A DNA stretch of 64,000 nucleotides from Gammaproteobacteria bacterium (lineage in GTDB: Bacteria > Pseudomonadota > Gammaproteobacteria > Pseudomonadales > Litorivicinaceae): contig JAHEDY010000001.1 of the NCBI GenBank assembly GCA_024640985.1, positions 35,769-99,768 on the forward strand, given 5' to 3'. Below are positions 50,749 through 59,028 of the stretch, one piece after another. A model generated the notes under the pieces. The model was given only the letters and a program-made list of their open reading frames with translations. It was not told where the DNA came from and did no database searches. The translations under genes and the position numbers were made by a program. Position 1 is the first letter of the stretch, and each line of letters starts with the position of its first letter.

Positions 50749-51847
50749 ATGGAAATTAACGCCCGCAATGCAATGATGGCAGACCTGAAAGCGCGTACTG
50801 ACGTGCTGAGGGGGTATCTTTGACTACACTGCCAAACGCGAACGACTTGATGAAGTCAATTTAGAACTCGAAGACCCAAATGTCTGGAATGATCCGGCCA
50901 AAGCACAGGCTTTGGGACGAGAACGGGCCAGCTTAGAAGGTGTGGTCGAGACCATCGATGAGCTGGATCAAAGCCTCGACGATCAGAAAGAACTCACAGC
51001 GATGCTTCTTGATGAAGGCGATGAAGATGGGCTATCGGAAGTGGATGAGGAGCTTGAACGGCTCGAAACCCTTGTCGGTGGTCTTGAATTTCGTCGAATG
51101 TTTTCCGGTGAAGCCGACAGCAACAATTGTTACCTCGACATTCAGGCGGGCTCAGGAGGAACGGAAGCCCAAGACTGGGGCAATATGTTGCTTCGGATGT
51201 ACCTACGGTGGGCTGAGAAAAAAGGCTTTAAAGTTGAGGTAGTTGAAGTCTCCGAAGGAGAGGTCGCAGGCATCAAGAGTGCGACGATCCACGTCCAAGG
51301 TGAATACGCCTACGGTTGGCTTCGGACGGAGACTGGTGTGCACCGGTTGGTCCGCAAAAGCCCGTTTGATTCCGGAGCCCGGCGACATACCTCATTTTCA
51401 TCTGTGTTTGTCTCGCCAGAGATCGATGACAATGTCGAGATCGAAGTGGATCCATCAGATCTTCGCATTGATACCTATCGGGCATCGGGAGCGGGTGGTC
51501 AGCACGTCAACCGAACTGACTCTGCGGTTCGTATTACCCACGAGCCTAGCGGTATTGTTGTGCAGTGTCAGAGCCAACGGTCGCAGCATCAGAACAAAGA
51601 CTTTGCGATGAAACAGCTCCGCGCTAAGTTGTATGAGCGCGAAATGGACGCTCGGAAAGCCGAAGCACAGGCGCTTGAGGACTCAAAGGCAGATATCGGG
51701 TGGGGTAGTCAGATTCGGTCATACGTTCTGGACTCTAGCCGAATTAAAGATTTGAGAACGGGTGTGGAATCATCCAACACGCAGGCTGTCCTCGACGGCG
51801 CCTTAGACCCATTTATAGAAGCAAGCTTGAAGCAGGGATTGTCATGA
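50749..51847 (+). CDS. prfB: Peptide chain release factor 2, made by a programmed +1 frameshift: join(50749..50820, 50822..51847)
   Basis: Frame 0 encodes [24 protein letters not shown] and then hits TGA at 50821-50823. The +1 frame continues [12 protein letters not shown]... into the supplied 50912..51847 ORF. It has the SPF tripeptide (RKSPFDS) and GGQ (SGAGGQHVN). Total length 365 aa. Confidence 0.92.
50809..50824 (+). other. RF2 autoregulatory +1 frameshift site
   Basis: AGGGGG-TAT-CTT-TGA-C: an internal Shine-Dalgarno-like element, slippery CTT, in-frame TGA and a following C. Matches the E. coli prfB frameshift site as I recall it. Confidence 0.9.
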
Positions 51848-53358
51848 CTGAACAACACTCTCCAGAGGTCGAAATCGATGAGAATCAACTGATCGCTGAG
51901 CGACAGAAAAAACTAGCCCTGATTCGTGAATCCGAGGGCCCAACGTTTCCTAATGATTTCAGACGCAGCCATCGAGCCGGTGAGTTGGCGGCTGCGCATG
52001 GTCACGAAGAAAAAGAGGGATTGGCTGAAAAATCAATCGAGGTTGCCGTCTGCGGACGCATCATGTTGCGTCGGATTATGGGTAAGGCAAGCTTTCTGAC
52101 CATTCAAGATGTGAGTGGTCGCATTCAACTGTATGCCCGAAAAGCGGATTTGCCTGACGGTGTCTATGATGATTTCAAAACCTGGGATCTCGGCGATATT
52201 GTTGGTGGTCGCGGGACATTGTTTAAGACCAATACTGGCGAATTATCGGTGCATCTCACCGAGATTCGATTATTGACCAAATCGTTACGTCCATTGCCAG
52301 ACAAGCATAAAGGACTGACAGACACTGAGCTCAGATATCGGCAACGTTATGTTGATTTGATGACCAATGATGGCACCCGAACGGTCTTCACCATGCGCTC
52401 TAAAGTGATTGCTGCGATTCGTCATTTCTTTGAATCTCGTGATTTTCTGGAAGTCGAGACACCCATGTTGCAGGTGATTCCGGGTGGTGCAACTGCACGT
52501 CCATTTGTGACGCATCACAACGCATTAGATATCGATATGTACCTTCGAATCGCCCCCGAGCTGTTTTTGAAGCGCTTGGTGGTTGGTGGTTTTGAGCGGG
52601 TGTTTGAGATCAATCGTAATTTCCGAAACGAAGGGCTTTCAACGCGACATAATCCTGAATTCACGATGCTCGAATTCTATTGGGCGTATGCTGACTACCG
52701 AGATCTGATTGAAACGACAGAATGCTTGATTCGTGAGGTTGCACAGAAGGTCTGCGGGAAAACTGTGTTTACGCTCGAAGATGGATCGCAGGTGGATCTC
52801 GAGCAACCCTTCGATACATTGACGGTGAAAGATGCCATTTTAAAATATTGCAGCCAAGCGACTGAAGCCATCTTGGATGATCTTGAGCAGGCAAGGGCGC
52901 TTGCTCAATCGCTCAGCCTCAAAGTCGAGCCGTCATGGGGGCTTGGTAAGGTCCAAATTGAAATTTTCGAAGCAGTTGCTGAAGAGCAACTGATGCATCC
53001 AACCTTCATTACCGAATATCCTGCAGAGGTCAGTCCACTGGCTCGACGGAATGACGACAACCCCTTTGTGACTGATCGCTTTGAGTTTTTCATCGGGGGG
53101 CGCGAGCTGGCTAATGGCTTCAGTGAGCTCAACGACGCAGAGGATCAAGCAGAGCGTTTTCGTGAGCAGGTTGCGCAAAAAGCGGGCGGTGACGACGAGG
53201 CCATGTTCTATGACGACGATTACGTCAGAGCCTTGGAATACGGATTACCGCCGACTGCTGGTGAGGGTATTGGCATTGATCGGTTGGTGATGTTTTTGGC
53301 AGAACAACATTCCATCAGGGATGTGATTCTGTTCCCAGCAATGCGCCCGCAGGCCTGA
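51844..53358 (+). CDS. lysS: Lysyl-tRNA synthetase (class II)
   Basis: OB anticodon-binding domain plus class II motifs ([20 protein letters not shown]; [14 protein letters not shown]; GIGIDRLVM). ATGA overlap with prfB. Confidence 0.95.
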   Translation: MTEQHSPEVEIDENQLIAERQKKLALIRESEGPTFPNDFRRSHRAGELAAAHGHEEKEGLAEKSIEVAVCGRIMLRRIMGKASFLTIQDVSGRIQLYARKADLPDGVYDDFKTWDLGDIVGGRGTLFKTNTGELSVHLTEIRLLTKSLRPLPDKHKGLTDTELRYRQRYVDLMTNDGTRTVFTMRSKVIAAIRHFFESRDFLEVETPMLQVIPGGATARPFVTHHNALDIDMYLRIAPELFLKRLVVGGFERVFEINRNFRNEGLSTRHNPEFTMLEFYWAYADYRDLIETTECLIREVAQKVCGKTVFTLEDGSQVDLEQPFDTLTVKDAILKYCSQATEAILDDLEQARALAQSLSLKVEPSWGLGKVQIEIFEAVAEEQLMHPTFITEYPAEVSPLARRNDDNPFVTDRFEFFIGGRELANGFSELNDAEDQAERFREQVAQKAGGDDEAMFYDDDYVRALEYGLPPTAGEGIGIDRLVMFLAEQHSIRDVILFPAMRPQA

Positions 53359-53439
53359 TCATGGGATTCTGTGGATTCGTGCAAGTCATCGGCTTCCACG
53401 GCCGTTTGTGATGCCATTGAATGCACTGAGGGTGTCTCG

Positions 53440-53850
53440 ATGAATCCATGGATTGCGCATCTTGAAAACCAGGACTTGAAGTGGATCGTTGATCAGGGCC
53501 AGGGGATCTATTTGGATCCCGGAATTGAGATCCATTTCCCACACCCGACACTGATTTTAGATGGTGAGCTTGAGTGTCGAGGCCACGTTCGTGGAGGGGG
53601 TGCGTTACTTGGTCTTTCCGAATGGTATTTGGAAATTGATCAAGGAAGCTTTTGGCATGTCAATACGCCCGTTTGGGGTCTTGAATTGCCGTTAACAGCG
53701 AAACATAAAGCTGCCTGGAGCGTTGCTTTAGCAGTCGCTATGTCAGCAGAAATCCGATTGGCTCAACCTGATGCACAGGGACTGGCTGATGTCGAAGCAG
53801 CGCGTCTGAAATTCCGGTATGTTGTGAGCCAGTTGGAAACTACTTTGTGA
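53440..53850 (+). CDS. Small cyclic-nucleotide-binding-like (beta-roll) protein, hypothetical
   Basis: 136 aa from ATG 53440 (RBS GAGGG). LENQDLKWIVDQGQGIYLDPGIEIHF..PTLILDGELEC...GLSEW resembles a degenerate CAP effector-domain layout, read by eye only. An in-frame GTG at 53371 is an alternative start. Confidence 0.45.
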   Translation: MNPWIAHLENQDLKWIVDQGQGIYLDPGIEIHFPHPTLILDGELECRGHVRGGGALLGLSEWYLEIDQGSFWHVNTPVWGLELPLTAKHKAAWSVALAVAMSAEIRLAQPDAQGLADVEAARLKFRYVVSQLETTL

Positions 53851-53859
53851 GGAATTTCA

Positions 53860-54366
53860 GTGGCTGAAGAATCGCGTCAGTCGGCAACTGATGGACTGGG
53901 ATTGCCGCGCCGGATGTGGTGGCTGTGGCCTTTCGTGGTCTTATTGATTGTGATCTGGGCAATCAGTTTGTGGGCGGTCCGTGTGGCTGATACGGAAACA
54001 ACGCTCGGCGTTGTGACCTCCCACCGAGGCTTGGGTAATACCGCACGTGCCGAGATTGCTCTCTTTGTTCCGTCATCGATTCAACCGCGAGTTCTTGGTG
54101 AAGCAGTGGACGTGACCTGTCAGGGTGTGACCTTAAAAGCACAAGTTTTTTCTGAGTCGGGCGATATTCTCTCGGTTCAGGATATTCGTGATTGGGTGGG
54201 GAGTCGCTTGTTGGCCGAGCGGCTGTTTAATGATGGAGTCCGATTGCAACAGGTAGTGACAGAATCAGGAGCGCATATTCCAGCGCCGGGTGAACATTGT
54301 GATGTGACTGTCATCAGTGGTCGTGTGCGTTTGCTGGAGCTCCTTGGGCGCAGCCTTCAGTCATGA
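53860..54366 (+). CDS. Truncated HlyD-like adaptor (TM anchor plus C-terminal barrel only)
   Basis: 168 aa, GTG start with GAGGA RBS. One TM (MWWLWPFVVLLIVIWAISLWAV), then a beta-rich segment ending ...GEHCDVTVISGRVRLLELLGRSL, like the C-terminus of type I secretion HlyD proteins. No room for the lipoyl or coiled-coil hairpin. Confidence 0.5.
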   Translation: MAEESRQSATDGLGLPRRMWWLWPFVVLLIVIWAISLWAVRVADTETTLGVVTSHRGLGNTARAEIALFVPSSIQPRVLGEAVDVTCQGVTLKAQVFSESGDILSVQDIRDWVGSRLLAERLFNDGVRLQQVVTESGAHIPAPGEHCDVTVISGRVRLLELLGRSLQS

Positions 54367-55592
54367 CAGCGATTGTCGATGGACTGATTGCAACTGGGGC
54401 AACCTTCGAAGCGGTTGCAGATGAGGCTCGCTCTCTTGGTTACCGCCTGAAAGAACGTCGTCTTAAGCCTCCATTCGCCGGATCTGTTTTTGTTGACTCC
54501 ACGGGGCGACTTCATCGGATTCGTTATGCAGTCCTTGGCTGGGTTGCCAGCATCGATGGCGACTCGAAGCTTCATCTGACCCGATGGAGAAAAGCCTTTG
54601 CGGTTGGTGGTTATGTGCTGGAGCCAGAGCGAGCGGATTACAATTTAACCGTGCAATGGTTTGCTCTGACGCTGGTTGTGGTTGCGCGCCTGTTGCTGGT
54701 GATGCTGGTCAGTATCCTTGGGCAAGTGAGTGACCAGACTTTGGCACCATTGTGGATTCTGACTGCGCTAATTCTGGCATCAACCACCTACACATCCATC
54801 ACCTTAATTCATCGCTCTCAATGGCATGATCTTGAAGCTGCACTCGATGCCATGGCCCCAGACTGGATTCCTCGTTTATCTCGAGATGTGGGTGGAAGAA
54901 TCCTCGCAGTGACAACCCTGTTTGGCATGTTGATCTTGGATCGGGTGCTTGAACTGTCGCCTGCGATTTGGGTTGTCGGGATTGGCTTTTTGTTCCTTGA
55001 TTTGATGCCGACTCGCCATTTTAAGCAAGCCAAGGCGCTTACACTGACGCCAGAAGTACGCACAGCAAGGGAGCCACGTCAGTTGATGGCGCAGTTGACG
55101 ATGCTTTTGAAGGTTGTCGGCCCTGGAGTCTACGTACTTAACACGCAATTTCCAGAACGGCTGTTGGCCGCCAGTGAAAATCTCGTTCGAGCCGGCGAAC
55201 CCTTAACGGTATTAGGTCCTGAAGCGGAGTTTTTACCGGGCACGCTCAGGAGTAACTTTGCTTGGGATGCTAGTGACATCGGGGAGTATCACTTTAGTAA
55301 CTTGATGGATTTGGTCGGATTTCCGCACTGGAAAGCGCGTTTTGGTGGTTCATTAAACTATCAAGTCGGTCCCAATAATCAGGGATTATCATCGTCAGAA
55401 GCTTCGGCGCTTCAAGTGGCTCGTGCGCTTGCTCAAGGTGCGGATACGCTCATTTTGGTGGACGCATTAGCTCCGATGTCGGCCGATCGACAAATGGAAT
55501 TATTGAACCGTTTAGCGGCAGCAAGTTGTCGTGTCTTTGTGTTTTCGAGTGTTTCAGATTTGTGGGATAGTGATGTCATCGATCTCGACTGA
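54363..55592 (+). CDS. ABC-exporter-like membrane protein with degenerate (pseudo) nucleotide-binding domain
   Basis: 409 aa with about 4 TM. The C-terminal about 150 aa align by eye to an ABC NBD. The signature is LSSSEASALQVARAL (canonical LSGGQ.QR.A.ARAL). Walker B is TLILVDALAPMSAD (Glu replaced by Ala). The Walker A position reads LGPEAEFLPGT, with no GxxGxGK[ST]. Confidence 0.55.
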   Translation: MTAIVDGLIATGATFEAVADEARSLGYRLKERRLKPPFAGSVFVDSTGRLHRIRYAVLGWVASIDGDSKLHLTRWRKAFAVGGYVLEPERADYNLTVQWFALTLVVVARLLLVMLVSILGQVSDQTLAPLWILTALILASTTYTSITLIHRSQWHDLEAALDAMAPDWIPRLSRDVGGRILAVTTLFGMLILDRVLELSPAIWVVGIGFLFLDLMPTRHFKQAKALTLTPEVRTAREPRQLMAQLTMLLKVVGPGVYVLNTQFPERLLAASENLVRAGEPLTVLGPEAEFLPGTLRSNFAWDASDIGEYHFSNLMDLVGFPHWKARFGGSLNYQVGPNNQGLSSSEASALQVARALAQGADTLILVDALAPMSADRQMELLNRLAAASCRVFVFSSVSDLWDSDVIDLD

Positions 55593-57408
55593 AACGCAAA
55601 GCTTCCATCTCAACCAAGGCAAATTATCGGCAGGCTTGGCGCGTGACCGGCTGTGGCAAGTGAAAGAGGGTCAAGCCCGACTTCGTTTGGTAATTTCAGG
55701 TGAAACTGTCGGTGAGATGTCTGTCCCGGAATCGGGTTGGTTTTTAGTTCCAGAAAGCGGCTATTTACGAGTTCAACTGATTGCGGAAACCGACATCACT
55801 TTTGAAAGTCGCCTGCCCTTAGGCTTGATCCCACGGCTGGGTGATTTAGGCCGTCGGCAACTAATTCAGCCGATTCGCCAGATGATGGCTGCTGCAGGAA
55901 TCGACGACAGCTTGGTCGACTGGAATGTGAAATTGGCACAACCAAGCTTCCGCTCTTGGTTTGGTGAATCACTCGATCAAGCGATTCAACAGAAACAACC
56001 GCTGTCACCAGATGTCTTGACTCCATTAATCGCAGATCATGTTCCACGGACGATTCTCGAACACGATGTTGCCGTCGAAGAGCACCGAGTGGTTTGGGTG
56101 TTAATGACTGTTTGTGCGTTATCGATGGTTGCTGTGGTGAGCTGGCTTGGTGCATTGGTTGCCCTGGAAGCACCGGGTTTTTCATTGAGTACCCAGTACT
56201 TTGCCGTGATCGCCGCTTGCCTCGGATTCATTATTGCCTCGGTCGGAGTGATTCATTCGTTAGCCGCATATTTCCGAGACGTCCGTCCAGTGGGGTTGGC
56301 GGCTGCCTTGTCGATGACGATCTTAATTCTTCTCTTTGAAGCGCCAACGCTTGCGTTATCACTGCTATTTTCAGGCGCATTAATTGCTGGAGCCTATTGG
56401 ATTTACGTCAGACGTTTGTTGCCGGATTTGCCAGCGATTGATCAACCGATGCGCTGGTTGTCGCTGCGTTTGGCTCGCGATGGTGTGCCTTCGGTTCGTG
56501 AACGGGTTTTGACTGTCTGGGATCAGGCCAGACAATGGGTGATTGCGCGGATTGAGTTGGTCGCTGAATACAGTCGTTTCAGTCGTTCGGTCATCGCTGC
56601 GAGTTTGGTGATTCCCGCTATTGCGTCAACAGACGACAGTCGACCGATTGTGCTCACCGGCTTATCTTTGGCGGCACTGATTTTATTGGAGCGATTACGG
56701 GCAGCCATTCCTGTGAGTGTGGAGTCAGAGACTGTGACTCAATCCCCATCGGCTCGACCGCTGGCACTGGCAGGGGATGTGAACTATGAAGGAATTGTCT
56801 ATCGACGTCACGCAGGTGAAGCTCCGTTATTTGATCAATTAAACTTTCACTGTGCCGATGACAGTTTGGTTCGAATCACTGCAGCCGAAGGAGCTGGGCT
56901 CTCGACACTCAAGCATCTGTTGATGCGTCAAGTCTCACCGGAACGAGGTGTCGTGCGTGTTGGTGGGATGGATGTGGCAAGACTGGATCCCAATCTTCTC
57001 GCATGTTCGGTGATTACACTTGACCACCCCAAAGATTCGGAAGTCTCGACAGTGGGCGACTGGTTATTCATTGAACCAGGCATTGAGCCTTCAACGTTAG
57101 AGACTCACCTTCAAGCACTGTCTGTCAGTCACTGGATCGAATCCCTGCAGGACCGGCTGAATACACCCTTGGGTGTCTTGCAATCGATGGCCGGTCCGCA
57201 TGGAATGAATCGGTTGAAATTGGCGCGAGCGCTATCGCGGCAAGGGCAGTTGATGTGGCTTGATCATTGGTTAGTAGGCCTTGACCAATCAGCCCGGACG
57301 CATGTGGTTGAGAGCTTAGTCGAGCGTTCAGGAACACGATTTGTGGTTGATCGCAACGGGCTCTTTAGAGGGAAACCGTCGATTCATTGGGAGATTGGCG
57401 GTGATTGA
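55573..57408 (+). CDS. cNMP-binding-like domain / ABC-exporter-like membrane protein with degenerate NBD
   Basis: About 611 aa. N-terminal beta-roll-like region (LWQVKEGQARLRLVISGETVGEMSVPESGWFLVP...), then about 5-6 TM. In the C-terminal NBD-like domain, Walker A is AAEGAGLST (Lys replaced by Leu). The signature is MAGPHGMNRLKLARAL. Walker B is LMWLDHWLVGLD (Glu replaced by His). The H-loop position is FVVDRNG (His replaced by Asp). Confidence 0.55.
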   Translation: MSSISTETQSFHLNQGKLSAGLARDRLWQVKEGQARLRLVISGETVGEMSVPESGWFLVPESGYLRVQLIAETDITFESRLPLGLIPRLGDLGRRQLIQPIRQMMAAAGIDDSLVDWNVKLAQPSFRSWFGESLDQAIQQKQPLSPDVLTPLIADHVPRTILEHDVAVEEHRVVWVLMTVCALSMVAVVSWLGALVALEAPGFSLSTQYFAVIAACLGFIIASVGVIHSLAAYFRDVRPVGLAAALSMTILILLFEAPTLALSLLFSGALIAGAYWIYVRRLLPDLPAIDQPMRWLSLRLARDGVPSVRERVLTVWDQARQWVIARIELVAEYSRFSRSVIAASLVIPAIASTDDSRPIVLTGLSLAALILLERLRAAIPVSVESETVTQSPSARPLALAGDVNYEGIVYRRHAGEAPLFDQLNFHCADDSLVRITAAEGAGLSTLKHLLMRQVSPERGVVRVGGMDVARLDPNLLACSVITLDHPKDSEVSTVGDWLFIEPGIEPSTLETHLQALSVSHWIESLQDRLNTPLGVLQSMAGPHGMNRLKLARALSRQGQLMWLDHWLVGLDQSARTHVVESLVERSGTRFVVDRNGLFRGKPSIHWEIGGD

Positions 57409-57865
57409 GCAACAACTGTTTCTTGGTGCTCTGACCGAACAAGAGTATCGGCATTGGCTCGATAATGCTGTGGTGAAAACACTCAGTGCCGGTGAGACCT
57501 TGATCACTGAAGATGATTTTCCAGACATTTACCTCGTGTTGCGCGGGCAATTCACGGTCCGTCGTGGTGAGCGGTCACCTGGAATGGTGGGGCTTGATGA
57601 ATTTTTAACGGGCTGGATGACGGATCGAGAATGGATTGCTGATCGGTCGATGACCCTGCTTTCGATTGATTCAGGACGATTTGGCCAGATGTTATCCGTT
57701 GAACCTCACCGAAAGCGTCTCTTCCATCAGAGTGTTACGCCAATGCTTGCTGGCCGGTTGCACCGAGATTTGTGCGCAACAACGGAGATTCCTATCGCAT
57801 TGGTCCAAGACTTTGAGCGCGGTGTTCGGCGCTTTTTTGAACTTAGACAGAATTTTCTGAAGTGA
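57401..57865 (+). CDS. Stand-alone cyclic-nucleotide-binding (CAP_ED-like) domain protein
   Basis: 154 aa from GTG 57401 (GGGAG RBS; GTGATTGA overlap with the upstream stop). LFLGALTEQEYRHWLDNAVVKTLSAGETLITEDDFPDIYLVLRGQFTV... follows the CAP_ED consensus. The phosphate-binding cassette is non-canonical. Confidence 0.6.
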   Translation: MIEQQLFLGALTEQEYRHWLDNAVVKTLSAGETLITEDDFPDIYLVLRGQFTVRRGERSPGMVGLDEFLTGWMTDREWIADRSMTLLSIDSGRFGQMLSVEPHRKRLFHQSVTPMLAGRLHRDLCATTEIPIALVQDFERGVRRFFELRQNFLK

Positions 57866-59028
57866 CCACACCCAACGCAACGAATCGCCATGGAGAGGGT
57901 TTTCTATATCTCTCGATCATGATTTGTTTTTGTGTGCTCTATGCACCGCAACCGATGCTTTCAGAATTGGCTGACCGATTTATGGTCTCCAAACCAGAGG
58001 CGGGACTTCTGGTTTCCGTCACTCTGATTCCACTGGCGATCGCGCCTTTAAGCTATGGCATTTTTTTAAAACAACTCAGTGCGTTAACCATTCTCAAGTG
58101 GGCACTTCCGACCTTGGCCTTGGCGATGGCCTGGTCTGGGTTCGTGCAAACCTATGAGGGAATGCTCACGCTTCGGTTGATCCAGGGCGCGCTCCTGCCC
58201 GCCATTATGACCGCGACGATGGCCTATTTAACGTCAGGCCGTGAGGGAGGTGAGCTCTCTCGAGTCATGGCTTGGTATATTTCAGCGACGATTTTTGGTG
58301 GGATGGCCGGGCGAGTCATTTCCGGACAGTTAGCGTCCATGATTGCCTGGGAATGGGTGGCTTTGATTTGGGCTGGGCTTCTTCTCATGGTGACCTTGAT
58401 GCCTTGGCGTCGAGCGACTCCGAAGCCACTGAACTTAGTAAAGCCTGACGCACAGTTAATCCGACAGGCCATGACCAGCCGCGGTAATGCATTGATTTAT
58501 GTCTCAGTCCTTTGCATGTTTTGGGTGTTTGCGGGTTATCTCAATTACTTACCCTTTCGGATTAATGAACTCGATGCTTCGGCATCGACTGGATTGATTG
58601 GTCAAAGTTATTTGGGTTACAGCATTGGGATTGTGTCTGCCTTGACAGCCGGTTGGCTTGCGAAGCGCGTCGGGGGCGTGATTCGTGCGGCACTGATTGG
58701 ATTTGCGGTCATGATTGGTTCATTACTGTTGGCGCTCGGCAATGTCTGGATGTTGATCACTCAGGTCTTTGTGATGTGCCTTGGGATGTTTGTGATTCAT
58801 ACGCTAGCGGCATCGGAAGTGAACCATAACGCGCGCTCTTTGAGTGGTGTGGTGAACGGTCTCTATGTGTCCTGTTATTACGCAGGCGGTGCTCTTGGTG
58901 CTTGGTTGATGGGGTATGTGTATGAGCTCTTTGGGTGGACCACTTTTGTCGTTGTCCTCTCATGCATTGGCATGGCCGGAGCACTATGCATGTGGCTGTA
59001 TGGTCGTCAGTGGGCTGCTGGTCGATAG
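57862..59028 (+). CDS. MFS transporter (YnfM-like)
   Basis: 12-TM MFS with a YAPQPMLSELADRF N-terminal motif resembling the YnfM family. GTGA overlap with the preceding gene. Confidence 0.85.
   Translation: MTTPNATNRHGEGFLYLSIMICFCVLYAPQPMLSELADRFMVSKPEAGLLVSVTLIPLAIAPLSYGIFLKQLSALTILKWALPTLALAMAWSGFVQTYEGMLTLRLIQGALLPAIMTATMAYLTSGREGGELSRVMAWYISATIFGGMAGRVISGQLASMIAWEWVALIWAGLLLMVTLMPWRRATPKPLNLVKPDAQLIRQAMTSRGNALIYVSVLCMFWVFAGYLNYLPFRINELDASASTGLIGQSYLGYSIGIVSALTAGWLAKRVGGVIRAALIGFAVMIGSLLLALGNVWMLITQVFVMCLGMFVIHTLAASEVNHNARSLSGVVNGLYVSCYYAGGALGAWLMGYVYELFGWTTFVVVLSCIGMAGALCMWLYGRQWAAGR

Noticed and set aside
50912-51847. ORF-track boundaries for RF2 (start at 50912).
   Set aside because: Replaced by the frameshifted join(50749..50820, 50822..51847). 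The 50912 codon is only the first Met-equivalent in the +1 frame.
53361-53439. Tiny ORF (MGFCGFVQVIGFHGRL, 53361-53411) and the Cys-rich in-frame leader (MDSCKSSASTAVCDAIECTEGVS, 53371-53439) as a possible precursor peptide for the ABC-like cluster.
   Set aside because: No GG-type leader motif and no RBS. The second is simply an alternative upstream start of the first cluster gene. The support is too weak to call.
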